DNA of 64,000 bases from an uncultured bacterium (GCA_949284715.1 CASDWH010000016.1:12817-76816); one strand, 5' to 3'; shown: positions 37,787 to 48,116, numbered from the stretch's first letter. The notes: generated by a model from the sequence alone, not told the origin. Program-made: numbers and translations.

Positions 37787-40279
37787 TTATTGCGCAGCCT
37801 GTGTTTCTTCGGCTTCACTGCCCTCTTTTTGTTTTTTCTCAAAAACAATCTTATCATCAACAAGCTTCATAACAATCGTATCACCCGGCTGATAAGCACT
37901 TGTAAGAATTTCCTCAGCAAGCGGGTCTTCTATCTTTCTCTGGATAAGCCGTCTTAAAGGCCTTGCACCATAAGCCTCCGAATACCCGTCTTTTGCAAGA
38001 AAATCTTTCACTTCATCAGTAACTTCCACAGAAAGTTCACGTTCAGCAAGACGTTTGAAGAGGTCTTTCATCATCAAATCTACAATTTGTCTGATTTCTT
38101 CCTTGCTTAAGTGTGCAAATACGATAATATCATCAATACGATTCAGGAACTCCGGTCTGAAAGCTTTTTTCAACTCTTCATTAACCGTTTCTTTCAGCTT
38201 TTCGTATTTATCTTTCTTCGCATCCTCGCCGGTCGTGAACCCGAGTTTACCCTGAGTAGCAATCATACTTGCACCTACGTTAGAGGTCATGATAATAATT
38301 GTATTTTTAAAGTTAATATGTCTGCCCTTGGCATCAGTCAAACGGCCGTCATCAAGGATTTGAAGCATTATATTAAACACATCGGGGTGGGCCTTTTCAA
38401 TTTCATCAAAAAGGATTACCGAATAAGGTTTCTTTCTGACTATCTCTGACAAATGCCCGCCGTCATCATACCCGACATACCCCGGAGGAGAACCGATAAG
38501 TTTAGCAGTAGAGTGTTTTTCCATAAACTCGGACATATCAACACGTATCATATTGTCCTCTGAGCCAAAAACAGCTTCTGCAAGAGCTTTTGCCAGTTCT
38601 GTTTTACCAACGCCGGTAGGCCCTGAGAAAATAAAACTGCCAATCGGTCTGTTTGGACTCTTTAATCCTACTCTTGCACGCCTGATTGCTTTAGAAATAG
38701 CAGTTACAGCTTCACTTTGTCCAATAACTCTGGCATGCAGTGTATCTTCAAGTTTTAAGAGTCTTTCGGTTTCACCTTCAGTAAGTTTTGTAACAGGAAC
38801 TCCTGTCATTGTTGCTATAACCTCTGCAACATCTTCTTCTGTTACAGTCGGCTTATTCATATCATTATCACGCTTCCACTCTTCGGTAGCTTCGCGGATT
38901 CTGTCTTTCATATTTGCCTCATCATCTCTAAGAGAAGAGGCAAGTTCAAACTCTTGGTTTCTTATTGCTTCTTCTTTTTCCTTAATGATTCTGCGCAATT
39001 CCTTATCAAGTTCTTTCCCCTCAGGAGATAAAGAACTGACTTTAAGTCTTACTTTTGAACTTGCTTCATCAAGCACATCTATTGCTTTATCCGGCAAAAA
39101 CCTGTCATTGATGTATTTGCTGGAGAGTTTTGTAGCCGCAACGATAGCTTCATCAGAGATTATAAGATTATGGTGTTCTTCGTATTTGAATTTAAGCCCG
39201 CGGATAATTTCAATTGTTTCATCAATTGACGGTTCTTCGATAATAACCGGCTGGAATCTTCTCTCCAGTGCAGAATCTTTTTCAATATACTTTCTATACT
39301 CATCAGAAGTTGTGGCGCCGATAACCTGAATTTCGCCTCTTGAAAGAGCCGGTTTAAGGATATTTGCCGCATCAATTGCACCTTCAGCGGCGCCTGCGCC
39401 GATAAGAGTATGCATTTCATCAATAACAAGGATTACGTTACCGGCCTGACGAATTTCATCCATAATCTTTTTAAGACGTTCTTCAAACTCGCCTCTGTAC
39501 TTGGTTCCTGCAATCAAAAGCCCCATATCAAGCTGAATAATCTTTTTGCCGTCTAAAATATCAGGGACTTCTGCATTTACAATTCTAATAGCAAGTCCTT
39601 CCGCAACAGCGGTTTTACCAACCCCCGGCTCGCCTAAGAGAACAGGGTTGTTTTTAGTTCTTCTGGCAAGAATCTGAATAACACGTTCTATTTCTTTTTC
39701 ACGGCCGACAACCGGATCCAAACGCATTTCCGCCGCAGCAAGCGTTAAGTCTGTACCGTATTCGTCAAGACTTGGTGTCTTAACCTTTGATGCTGAAGAA
39801 GAGGAGGAAGAAGAAATATTTCCTGATGCTGTTGTTTGCGGCTTAGTATCGCCAAGCATTTTAACTACATTACTGCGGATTTTGTTTAAATCAACGCCAA
39901 GATTTTCAAGAACCCGCGCGGCAACACCTTCGCCCTCGCGGATTAAACCTAACAGCAAATGCTCTGTTCCTATATAATTGTGTCCTAGTTGCCTTGCTTC
40001 ATCCCATGAAAGTTCAAGAACCCGCTTAGCCCGCGGAGTAAACGGAATTTCTACCGCAACAAATCCGGAGCCTCTGCCTATAATTTTTTCAACTTCAATT
40101 CTGGCATCTTTAAGATTAACCCCCATTGATTTAAGGGTCTTTGCGGCAATTCCTGTCCCTTCACCAATTAATCCTAATAAAACTTGTTCCGTACCGACAA
40201 AATTATGCCCGAGGCGTCTTGCCTCCTCCTGGGCCAGCATTATTACTTTTATCGCTTTTTCGGTAAAACGTTCAAACAT
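37787..40279 (-). CDS. clpC: ClpC ATPase (cyanobacterial/plastid-type N-terminus)
   Basis: [41 protein letters not shown]. Two AAA+ modules. UVR-like segment. The start is at MFERF, not the upstream ATG at 40339. Confidence 0.9.
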   Translation of the reverse strand: MFERFTEKAIKVIMLAQEEARRLGHNFVGTEQVLLGLIGEGTGIAAKTLKSMGVNLKDARIEVEKIIGRGSGFVAVEIPFTPRAKRVLELSWDEARQLGHNYIGTEHLLLGLIREGEGVAARVLENLGVDLNKIRSNVVKMLGDTKPQTTASGNISSSSSSSASKVKTPSLDEYGTDLTLAAAEMRLDPVVGREKEIERVIQILARRTKNNPVLLGEPGVGKTAVAEGLAIRIVNAEVPDILDGKKIIQLDMGLLIAGTKYRGEFEERLKKIMDEIRQAGNVILVIDEMHTLIGAGAAEGAIDAANILKPALSRGEIQVIGATTSDEYRKYIEKDSALERRFQPVIIEEPSIDETIEIIRGLKFKYEEHHNLIISDEAIVAATKLSSKYINDRFLPDKAIDVLDEASSKVRLKVSSLSPEGKELDKELRRIIKEKEEAIRNQEFELASSLRDDEANMKDRIREATEEWKRDNDMNKPTVTEEDVAEVIATMTGVPVTKLTEGETERLLKLEDTLHARVIGQSEAVTAISKAIRRARVGLKSPNRPIGSFIFSGPTGVGKTELAKALAEAVFGSEDNMIRVDMSEFMEKHSTAKLIGSPPGYVGYDDGGHLSEIVRKKPYSVILFDEIEKAHPDVFNIMLQILDDGRLTDAKGRHINFKNTIIIMTSNVGASMIATQGKLGFTTGEDAKKDKYEKLKETVNEELKKAFRPEFLNRIDDIIVFAHLSKEEIRQIVDLMMKDLFKRLAERELSVEVTDEVKDFLAKDGYSEAYGARPLRRLIQRKIEDPLAEEILTSAYQPGDTIVMKLVDDKIVFEKKQKEGSEAEETQAAQ

Positions 40280-40383
40280 GAGTTTCTCCTCTATTAAACA
40301 GCTATTTATAATGTTACAAAAAATAACGCAAAACTTCAAGTAGTTTAGGCATTATTTACATTAACAAGTCTATTAATATTGGA

Positions 40384-41205
40384 CTATAACACCATACACA
40401 ATACCATAAGAATCATTGCCCCAACCTGCATAGCTGTTGATAATCCCTGCTGAAATCTGTTTGAATCATATTTCCTAATTGAATTCTGTGCTTTATACGC
40501 GCTGTTCAAACGATTAATGCGTTCTTCTTCCGTATCGTCGTCATAAGAACCGCCGAGCATCTCGTTTTCAAGACTTGCAAGCCTGTCAGAAAAAGATGTC
40601 CGCCCTCTTCCGGTAAAAAGATTCCTGTTTAACCCGCTCAAATCACCATTTTGTATCCCATTTCCGTATGACAGGTCATCATAATACGCATTTTCTGACG
40701 CCATACGGTAATCTTCTTTAAATACATTATTTTTGATTCTTTCAACTCTTGCATTATAACTATCAGACTTATACTCCTGATTAAAAAGCTGTTTTTCTAT
40801 CCTGACCAACCTGTCATCAAGACTACTCTTATCATACATTTTATTGAAAAGCTTTGTTTCAACTCTGTCAAGAACAGGATACCGGACTGTTTCATCCGCA
40901 GCAAGCGCTTCTTCCTCCTCCTCGGCCATAAATGTGTCTTCACAGGGTTTGATTTTTTCATCAATTACATCCGCCGACAAATCCTCGGAAATCTTTTTTA
41001 CCCGTTCTGCTAAACTCTTTTTAGAAACAACTCCGTATACCGACTGTTCAAGTCTGGCAATCCTTGTTTCATCGCTTTGATCAGAATAATTTATTCCGTA
41101 AAGCTCTTCTTCAATAGTTAAAAGCCTGTCGCTGTATTTATCCGAACATATTCCGGAGGATACAGTAATTAATATTGTAAAAAGCACGTATAGAAATCGT
41201 TTCAT
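40384..41205 (-). CDS. exported repeat protein with C-terminal TM anchor
   Basis: Signal peptide. At least 5 copies of an R(L/I/V)xx(L/I)Exx(L/V)(F/Y)(G/N)xxY...R(L/I/V)xR(L/I)E-type motif. C-terminal AMQVGAMILMVLCMVL. Confidence 0.5.
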   Translation of the reverse strand: MKRFLYVLFTILITVSSGICSDKYSDRLLTIEEELYGINYSDQSDETRIARLEQSVYGVVSKKSLAERVKKISEDLSADVIDEKIKPCEDTFMAEEEEEALAADETVRYPVLDRVETKLFNKMYDKSSLDDRLVRIEKQLFNQEYKSDSYNARVERIKNNVFKEDYRMASENAYYDDLSYGNGIQNGDLSGLNRNLFTGRGRTSFSDRLASLENEMLGGSYDDDTEEERINRLNSAYKAQNSIRKYDSNRFQQGLSTAMQVGAMILMVLCMVL

Positions 41206-41304
41206 AAAAATCTCCTAACCTAATATAAAGATTTTTATTGTGATTTCCTATCTTATATTGACTGATTATTAAAAAACTTTTTCTAACCGGAAAGTAGTAC
41301 TCCA

Positions 41305-41338
41305 CAAAAAAAACAGGCGGCCGCGCCGTCCGTTTTTT
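41305..41338. terminator. GC-rich hairpin flanked by A8 and T6 (bidirectional terminator-like)
   Basis: AAAAAAAACAGGCGGCCGCGCCGTCCGTTTTTT. It lies downstream of the minus-strand small ORF. Confidence 0.5.
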
Positions 41339-41369
41339 GCATCATATAATCCCATAAATAATTCACTTA

Positions 41370-41573
41370 TTAGTTATTGCTTAGAACAAGTCTTAAAGTT
41401 GCAAGATTCTTAATAGAAAGCATTCTGTGTTTATTTTGCTGTTCATGAGCAATATTAAAAATTCTTATAATTCTTTGTATTTCTTCGATATCCTGTCTGG
41501 TTTCCAATTTATAAACATTTTTTACCGGATCTGTAATAACTGACATTGCTGCATTTAAGTCTTGTTCTTTCAT
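41370..41573 (-). CDS. small hypothetical protein (67 aa)
   Basis: AAGGAAAAG lies ~10 nt upstream of the ATG. A terminator-like hairpin follows. No homology recognised. Confidence 0.3.
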   Translation of the reverse strand: MKEQDLNAAMSVITDPVKNVYKLETRQDIEEIQRIIRIFNIAHEQQNKHRMLSIKNLATLRLVLSNN

Positions 41574-41651
41574 GGGGTATCTTTTCCTTTATAATGTCCT
41601 TACTCTTATATAAAGTTTTTTTTATACGGAAAATTGCCATGTTTATTACGA

Positions 41652-41673
41652 TTTGTAAACAAATATTTACAAA
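41652..41673. promoter_or_regulatory. inverted repeat TTTGTAAA-N6-TTTACAAA
   Basis: Perfect 8-bp arms, ~80 nt upstream of the 67-aa ORF on the minus strand. Confidence 0.3.
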
Positions 41674-41727
41674 GTATATATTTTTTATAACAGAACTTAA
41701 CAAATGCCGGACTAAAAACCGGTCATA

Positions 41728-42114
41728 CTACAAAAATGTTCTTATTCCCGCCTGCGCAAACAGTATAATACCTACAACAACACTGATAAAACTTGCAACC
41801 ATAACTGCTCCCGCAGAAATATCCTTTGCCATTCCGACAAGAATACTGTACCTGTTCCGGAAAGTCGCATCAAGCGCAAATTCTATTGCTGTATTAAGCA
41901 TCTCAGAAATTATAACCATACCTATCGTAAGTAAAAGTACACAAATTTCCAGCGGCTTAAAGCCGAACAGCAGCGACAAAAAAAGCACCACTACTGCAAG
42001 AACCATATGTACACGTATATTTCGTTCACTCTTTAACACAAGCCGCATACCTTTACGGGCATGCTGAAACGAACTGTTAAAATTTTTTGTTTTAAACTTT
42101 GTCATACTCCACAA
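41728..42114 (-). CDS. dgkA: diacylglycerol/undecaprenol kinase (DgkA family)
   Basis: RNIRVHMVLAVVV...SEMLNTAIEFALD. 3 TM segments. Confidence 0.75.
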   Translation of the reverse strand: MWSMTKFKTKNFNSSFQHARKGMRLVLKSERNIRVHMVLAVVVLFLSLLFGFKPLEICVLLLTIGMVIISEMLNTAIEFALDATFRNRYSILVGMAKDISAGAVMVASFISVVVGIILFAQAGIRTFL

Positions 42115-42604
42115 CTTTCAGGGCATCATTCTGCATCCCTACAACAAAATTGTAATCCTCTTCTGTCTGATGGTCAAATCCTAATAGGTGCATAATGCCG
42201 TGTGAAATTAGAAAATAAAGTTCTTCTTCAAAAGTCTTATTTTTTTTCTTACTTTCCTCGTCAACCTTATCCAGCGCTATGATAAATTCCCCAAGGTTAA
42301 TCTCCCCGTCAAAAATAAATTTATCTTCGTCATCTGCAAATATAGCAAAAGTAATTATATCTGCCGGATAATCTTTATTACGGTAATCTCTGTTTAATTC
42401 GTGAGTCTTTTCAGAATCGCAATATAGAATATCAAATGTGACCGTATCATACTTAAAACCATTCAATGCCGATTTTTCACCGATATGCGCCATATAGTAT
42501 TCAAAAACTTGTCTTGCAATCTTAATCGCTTTTGCTTCATCAATTTTATATTTATCACAAATATTTTCACTAAAAATATTAATGTTCATCACGTTTACTT
42601 TCAA
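42092..42604 (-). CDS. ybeY: rRNA maturation endoribonuclease YbeY
   Basis: HGIMHLLGFDH zinc motif. Confidence 0.85.
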   Translation of the reverse strand: MKVNVMNINIFSENICDKYKIDEAKAIKIARQVFEYYMAHIGEKSALNGFKYDTVTFDILYCDSEKTHELNRDYRNKDYPADIITFAIFADDEDKFIFDGEINLGEFIIALDKVDEESKKKNKTFEEELYFLISHGIMHLLGFDHQTEEDYNFVVGMQNDALKVVEYDKV

Positions 42605-44750
42605 GTTCCTGAATTTTTGCCTCTAAGTCTTTATCAATTGTTTGCACTGCTGTTCTATTTCTATCAAGCTCATTTACTAAATCTTGCTGATATTTAATCC
42701 TTTCATGGTGGATACCGCGTAAGATACGGCTCATAACAGAAGCAATTGTTGATAAGTCTTTGAGAGTAATCGGAGCATCAGATAACTGTCCGTCATTTAA
42801 GCGTTCTTTAATAATCCGGTCAATAACCGCATCAATCTCTTCGGCAGATGAAGCTTTATTGGCCCGTACAGTAGATTCTACGGCATCTGCAATCATAAGT
42901 ATAGCCGTTTCCTTAGAATTAGGTTTCGGCCCCGGATAACGGAATTGTTCTTCCTGAACATTTTCCGCGCCTTCCTCTGCAACCGCCTGTTTATAGAAAT
43001 AGCTTACAAGCCCAGTTCCGTGGTGCTGGAGAATAAAATTATTTATAATAACCGGCAAACCGTTGTCCTTTGCCAGTTCTACACCGTCTTTAGGGTGGGC
43101 TGTTATCAGCATTTTAGAAAACTTTGGAGAACAGTTATTATGCGGATTTTCAATACCGTAGCTGGACTGGTTTTCTACAAAGAACATCGGGCGTTTGAGT
43201 TTTCCTACATCGTGGTAGATTGCGCCGACTTTTGCAAGCAGCGGGTTTGCCCCTATAGCCTCTGCTGCCGCTTCGCACAGGTAAGCAACCATCATACTGT
43301 GGTTGTAAGTCCCGGGGGCTTTTAGCTGCAAATCTTTTAACAACTGCTGATTTTGATCCGCAAGTTCTACAAGAGCGTACGGAGATATCATCTGAAATAA
43401 CTTTTCAAGAACCGGTAAGAATCCAAGTGTTAACAGCCCGCCTATTACAAAACTATTCAGCATTATATAGCTTATATCCGTTAATATAAGCGAATTATCT
43501 ATATTCATAAGGAATTTTTCGAGCAAATATACACATGCCAGAATCACACCGCCTGCAAGTGCTATTTTAAACCCGATTAATATCATGTCGTTTCTTCTTG
43601 TAAACTTATGGTTATAAACCGTTATCATTGAGAAAGTATTTAACAGCAGGAATGAAACAATCATTTCTATTCCATAGTGCATGCTTATTGCAATATTAAC
43701 AAGAATAAGGTTAGAAGCAAAAAGCGCAACCCTTGGATTGGCAAAGATTGACATTATAATCATAAATGCCGGAAACGGGATTACGTAAGGCGAAAAACCC
43801 GTTGGCAAAACCACGGGAAAAAGAGATAAAAATATTGCAAGAAATGCAAATAACCTCAGGTAATTCGGTTCAAGAAAGCTTTTTTCAAAACCTTTTAAAT
43901 ATATTAGAAACATGCTTGTTGAAAGAGCTGTCAGAAAGAATATACCCGCAATTCCTATATAATTAATTTCAAGCACGTTATATCCGGCTTCTCTGAGTGC
44001 ATCACTTTTGACTTTTGTAATCTGTTCTCCCGCAAAAACAATTGTATCACCCTGTTTAAAAGTAACCTCATACGGCTTCACGGAATTCTGTGCGTTTCGT
44101 CTTGCAATTTCTGTTGCAAACTCATCAACAATAAGATTAGGAACAATTACCTGATTGAGTATTGTTGTAATCATACGCGACTGTCCGCGCGGAATTGATT
44201 GATACATGCCCTTTTCAATAATACTGGTTATATTATCTTTTTCAAAATCATCGGCCGTAATCCCGATATTCAATACAGTATCTAAAGTATTCTGCGCCCT
44301 GTTAAAGAGTTTGTTAAAGGATTCCAAATCCGAATGCAGAAGGAAATCTACAAGCGCAGTTTTTTGTGAAGAGCGCGGAATGTCAAAAAGTACTGATATT
44401 TCATTAAATTTTTTATCATCAGAAATTTGAGAATCTCTTATTTTAATTATAGTATTACGCAAGGTTGTAAGATTAACTCTTATGAAATCATCATTAGCCT
44501 GCGTAAGAATAGGCTCAACTTTTCTTGCAACATCTTTTTTATGCTGTTCAGTTCTTATAGTATCAACGACAGTAATGTTTTTTTGCGCAATAATATCCTG
44601 TTTACTAACCCCGTTTTCTATAATCTGCTGAAAGAAAAAGTTCTGCGACGAAATAACTATCGTCATTGTGATAGTAAACAGCATAAACATTAAAAAATTT
44701 TTAAAGACATTTGATTTAATGAAACTAATAACTTTGTCTTTATAACTCAT
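42579..44750 (-). CDS. pgpH: 7TM-receptor HD phosphohydrolase (PgpH/YqfF-like)
   Basis: Extracellular N-domain, 7 TM block, and a C-terminal HD domain (NHSMMVAYL, YHDVGK, LQHHG). The conserved neighbourhood with ybeY-dgkA-cdd supports the call. Confidence 0.8.
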   Translation of the reverse strand: MSYKDKVISFIKSNVFKNFLMFMLFTITMTIVISSQNFFFQQIIENGVSKQDIIAQKNITVVDTIRTEQHKKDVARKVEPILTQANDDFIRVNLTTLRNTIIKIRDSQISDDKKFNEISVLFDIPRSSQKTALVDFLLHSDLESFNKLFNRAQNTLDTVLNIGITADDFEKDNITSIIEKGMYQSIPRGQSRMITTILNQVIVPNLIVDEFATEIARRNAQNSVKPYEVTFKQGDTIVFAGEQITKVKSDALREAGYNVLEINYIGIAGIFFLTALSTSMFLIYLKGFEKSFLEPNYLRLFAFLAIFLSLFPVVLPTGFSPYVIPFPAFMIIMSIFANPRVALFASNLILVNIAISMHYGIEMIVSFLLLNTFSMITVYNHKFTRRNDMILIGFKIALAGGVILACVYLLEKFLMNIDNSLILTDISYIMLNSFVIGGLLTLGFLPVLEKLFQMISPYALVELADQNQQLLKDLQLKAPGTYNHSMMVAYLCEAAAEAIGANPLLAKVGAIYHDVGKLKRPMFFVENQSSYGIENPHNNCSPKFSKMLITAHPKDGVELAKDNGLPVIINNFILQHHGTGLVSYFYKQAVAEEGAENVQEEQFRYPGPKPNSKETAILMIADAVESTVRANKASSAEEIDAVIDRIIKERLNDGQLSDAPITLKDLSTIASVMSRILRGIHHERIKYQQDLVNELDRNRTAVQTIDKDLEAKIQELESKRDEH

Positions 44751-44959
44751 AAAATATCCTCATTTTGGTTATCATTCATATTTACTACAAACCCGCATTT
44801 TATACAAGCCAAAACCCTGCCTGTACTATCTACCGGCCGAAAAACGTGTTCACAAGGCTCTTCCTGCTCTAACGGCTCCGGAGCCGGGAATGGTTTTATT
44901 GTAGTTTTTTTTCTATAATATTTATTAACAAGTTTTATAACTAATTCAATTATATACAT
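44747..44959 (-). CDS. small protein with zinc-ribbon-like CxH...CxxC
   Basis: PCEHVF...ACIKCGF. Tightly packed between cdd and pgpH. Confidence 0.35.
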   Translation of the reverse strand: MYIIELVIKLVNKYYRKKTTIKPFPAPEPLEQEEPCEHVFRPVDSTGRVLACIKCGFVVNMNDNQNEDIL

Positions 44960-44962
44960 GTT

Positions 44963-45352
44963 TTAAATTTTAAATCCAAACGGAAGCAAATCTGTTATTT
45001 TATCAATTTTGGGATTTCCATCTTTTTCCGTAATAATTTCTGTATTAAAATCCCCTTTAAATTCATAAATAACCTGCCTGCAAGCACCGCAAGGATAGCA
45101 TTCGTCAGACTCAGGCGAGAATATTGCAACTGCAAGAATTTGTTTTTCTCCATTAGCAATCGCATTACCTATAGCACAACGCTCTGCACATATAGTAAGT
45201 CCAAAGCTGGAATTTTCAAAATTACAGCCTTTGTATAAATTTCCGCTTGCCCCCATTACGCAAGCGCCTACATGAAACTTCGAAAATGGTGCATAAGAGT
45301 TTTGTGAAACTTCCCGCGCTATATTAAGCATATTTTTATAATCTATATCCAT
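44963..45352 (-). CDS. cdd: cytidine deaminase
   Basis: CAERCAI and PCGACRQ zinc motifs. Confidence 0.9.
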   Translation of the reverse strand: MDIDYKNMLNIAREVSQNSYAPFSKFHVGACVMGASGNLYKGCNFENSSFGLTICAERCAIGNAIANGEKQILAVAIFSPESDECYPCGACRQVIYEFKGDFNTEIITEKDGNPKIDKITDLLPFGFKI

Positions 45353-45465
45353 AATTACAAATTTATGTTTTTTTTGAAAAAATGAAATCAGCCAATTGTA
45401 TGATTATGAGGATTTGAAAAAGAGCAAGTTAAAAGATAGTAAACTCTTACATGCACACAAAAAAA

Positions 45466-45496
45466 AGACCTTGTAAATTATTAAAAACCAAGGTCT
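45466..45496 (-). terminator. terminator-like hairpin after bioB
   Basis: AGACCTTG...CAAGGTCT arms, with a T-run downstream on the minus strand. The loop is large (15 nt). Confidence 0.5.
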
Positions 45497-45689
45497 GTCC
45501 GTTTAAATAAGAAGAGAGAGCTTTATGCCACAGAAAAAACACGTGAAAAAAATTTTTTGCCTGTTTTTTTGAAAAAAAGTCAAAAAATTTACAAAAATTT
45601 ACAAAACGCGGACACAGAAAATACCCCAAATTATACTTGTATATATTATACATAATTCTATAGCAAAAATTCAAACAAAACATTTACAG

Positions 45690-46613
45690 CTAAACCGCCA
45701 AAACTTTGCCGAGTTTTGCAAAAACAGCTTTGTCGTTGTTAATATCAACACCGGCAGTCGTTAAGTAGTTACCGACAATTACCCCATTAACCCCTGCTTT
45801 TATACACAATTCCTGATTGGCAGCGCTAAGACGCATTGAACGTCCGCCGGCAAATCGAATTTGGGCTTTTGGCATAGCTATTCTGAATATACACATTGTT
45901 CTTACTATTTCATCTTCGGTAATTTTATTTTCATATCCTTCAAAAGGTGTTCCTTTAATAGGTGTTAAGACATTAACAGGCACAGACTCAGGATTAATAT
46001 CTGCCAGTTCTAACGCCATTTCAACACGGTTTTCACGGGTTTCTCCCATCCCGATTATAACCCCGCAGCAAACCTCCATGCCATACTTACGCGCTAATCT
46101 TATTGTATTAATCCTGTCTTGATAAGTATGCGTCGTACAAATTGAAGGATGATAATTTTTGCATGTATTAATATTGTGGTGATATCTTACACATCCTGAC
46201 TCTGCAAGTTGTTTCATCTGCTCCTCTGTTAGAATTCCAAGTGAAGCACAACAGGTAAGCCCGCTTATTGAATTAATAATCTCAACCATTTTAAGTATTT
46301 CACTAAAATCTTTATCAGACGGCCGCCGGCCGGAGGTTACAAGAGAAAACCGCACCGCACCGTTAGCTCTTGCACTTTCTGCTGCCCTTTTTACTGTTTC
46401 TAAATCTACAAGCGGATGACATTCAATACTGGCATGGTTATGAGCGCTCTGTGAACAGTATTTACAATCCTCGCCGCACTGTCCGGTCTTAGCACTCATT
46501 ATCGAACATGCCTCTATAACATTATCAAAATGATTTTTAGTAATTTCAGATGAAATATTTATTAATTCATTAATATTAATATTATATAAGCTTAGTAATT
46601 CTTTTTTGTCCAT
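45690..46613 (-). CDS. bioB: biotin synthase (radical SAM)
   Basis: CGEDCKYCSQS (CxxxCxxC), YHHNINT, CCGVIIGMGET, GNYLTTAG. Confidence 0.8.
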   Translation of the reverse strand: MDKKELLSLYNININELINISSEITKNHFDNVIEACSIMSAKTGQCGEDCKYCSQSAHNHASIECHPLVDLETVKRAAESARANGAVRFSLVTSGRRPSDKDFSEILKMVEIINSISGLTCCASLGILTEEQMKQLAESGCVRYHHNINTCKNYHPSICTTHTYQDRINTIRLARKYGMEVCCGVIIGMGETRENRVEMALELADINPESVPVNVLTPIKGTPFEGYENKITEDEIVRTMCIFRIAMPKAQIRFAGGRSMRLSAANQELCIKAGVNGVIVGNYLTTAGVDINNDKAVFAKLGKVLAV

Positions 46614-46815
46614 ACACTAACACTCCTGCAATACAACTATATAACAAAAGTATATTGCCAACAAATATCATCAGTTTTTTGTATTAAGCAAAATAGAATA
46701 ATAAATAATATTTATATAGCAAATAAATAGGAAAAACTTTTAAAATAATAAGTATATAAAGGTATGTAAATTTTATATAAAATTTACTTGACATTTATAC
46801 ACATGTGTTATAGTA

Positions 46816-46841
46816 TAAACATGTCGGTGTGTAGCCGGTAT
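46816..46841 (+). promoter_or_regulatory. sigma-28/sigma-D-type promoter TAAA-N14-GCCGGTAT upstream of flagellin
   Basis: The -10 matches GCCGATAT in 7/8 positions. The spacer is one nt shorter than the usual 15. Confidence 0.5.
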
Positions 46842-46884
46842 TAGGGATAATTTAAAATAAGCAGTCTGACACATATTGAGTTGG

Positions 46885-46940
46885 ATTAGGGAATTGGGTA
46901 TTATATCCGGTGTCAAAGCTAGTATGTGTACGATTAGGGA
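46885..46940 (+). promoter_or_regulatory. flagellin 5' leader with repeated ATTAGGGA motifs (CsrA-site-like)
   Basis: ATTAGGGA occurs at 46885..46892 and 46933..46940, the latter 4 nt before the AAGGAG SD. A third copy at 46840..46847 overlaps the -10. ACACATA (46870) can pair with TATGTGT (46924). Confidence 0.4.
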
Positions 46941-46955
46941 GAATAAGGAGAAAAT

Positions 46956-47855
46956 ATGGCATTAAGTATTGTCACTAACGTATCGGCCATGATGGTCAGA
47001 AATAACCTCAACAGTGCTACCGACTCAATGACTCAGGCGCTTGAGCGGATGACTACAGGTTATAAGGTAAATAGTGCGAAAGACGATGCAGCCGGTTACA
47101 ATATTATTGATAGTATGTCATCTAAAATCGGATCTTTTGATGTTGCAGGAAACAATGCTCAAATTGGTATTGATATGTTAACAACTACTGAAGAAAATTA
47201 CGCGTTAATTACCGACCACTTATCACGTATCAGAGATTTGACAGAGCAGGCAGCAAACGGCACTTACAGTACAGAATCGTTGGTTGCGATAAATGCCGAA
47301 ATAACTGCAAGACTTAACGAAATCGACCGTGTAGCAAGAACAGCAGAATATAACGGGATGTATCTTATGACCGATGATACTGTAACACAGATTGTTGATG
47401 ATATTCGTATTCAGGTTGGTATATACGGTGATGACTCCAGCGGTGTTACATTGGAAGCAGATTTGTTCAGCAGCGCAACTGTAGAAGAAATACTGGGTGA
47501 TACTGTGGAAACATTAGCACAACAGTTCTCAGGGGTTGATGTAACTACAACACCTGACGATCCAACAAAAACAGCAGAAAATGCTTCACAGTTTTTATCT
47601 GTAATTGATGCTGCAATAACTGATATTGCAGGCCGTATTACTGATTTAGGTGCTGCTCAAAACAGACTTGAATCTGCTATTACAGCTATTGATACAAACG
47701 TTATGCAGTTGACTAATTCCAGAGGTACAATGAGAGATGCAGATATCGCGGAAGAATCTACGAGTTATATTTCTGCGCAAATTCTTCAGAGTGCTGCTTC
47801 TACACTACTTGCAACAGCTAACCAAATGCCTTCGGTTGCTGTTCAATTAATCTAG
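46956..47855 (+). CDS. fliC: flagellin
   Basis: N-terminus MALSIVTNVSAMMVRNNLN...MTTGYKVNSAKDDAAGY. C-terminus AQILQSAASTLLATANQMPSVAVQLI. Confidence 0.9.
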   Translation: MALSIVTNVSAMMVRNNLNSATDSMTQALERMTTGYKVNSAKDDAAGYNIIDSMSSKIGSFDVAGNNAQIGIDMLTTTEENYALITDHLSRIRDLTEQAANGTYSTESLVAINAEITARLNEIDRVARTAEYNGMYLMTDDTVTQIVDDIRIQVGIYGDDSSGVTLEADLFSSATVEEILGDTVETLAQQFSGVDVTTTPDDPTKTAENASQFLSVIDAAITDIAGRITDLGAAQNRLESAITAIDTNVMQLTNSRGTMRDADIAEESTSYISAQILQSAASTLLATANQMPSVAVQLI

Positions 47856-47889
47856 TTTTGATTGTTGATTGGGATATGTACTTATATTT

Positions 47890-47916
47890 GAGGTTGAGTA
47901 ATCGACCTCTTTTTAT
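47890..47916 (+). terminator. intrinsic terminator after flagellin
   Basis: GAGGTTG-agtaat-CGACCTC followed by TTTTTATT. Confidence 0.7.
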
Positions 47917-48116
47917 TGCCTTTTTATTTAGCCCGCGTCTTTTTTCAAAGATTAATCTTTGGATTAATCTTTTTATCCGAAATTCCATCAAAAGGTTGAT
48001 GTAGGTTGATTATAAATATTATAAATTTATAGTGTAGACTTGGTAAGTATTATAATCAGCCGGCAGGGTGCCGGGAAATAATAAAAAAACAAATTGTCGG
48101 AGGAGAATAATAATTA

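Noticed and set aside
40280-40339. N-terminal extensions suggested by the ORF track (clpC from 40339, flgI from 51583, flgH from 51039, mnmA from 37750, trxB from 58621, GT2 from 26141, the receiver from 3673)
   Set aside because: In each case the conserved family N-terminus begins at an internal ATG with a better SD. The extensions are non-conserved and often overlap the upstream gene.
46788-46816. Sigma-70-like TTGACA-17-TAGTAT as the flagellin promoter
   Set aside because: It cannot be excluded as an additional promoter. The overlapping TAAA-N14-GCCGGTAT fits the expected sigma-28 control of flagellin better. This is kept only as an alternative.
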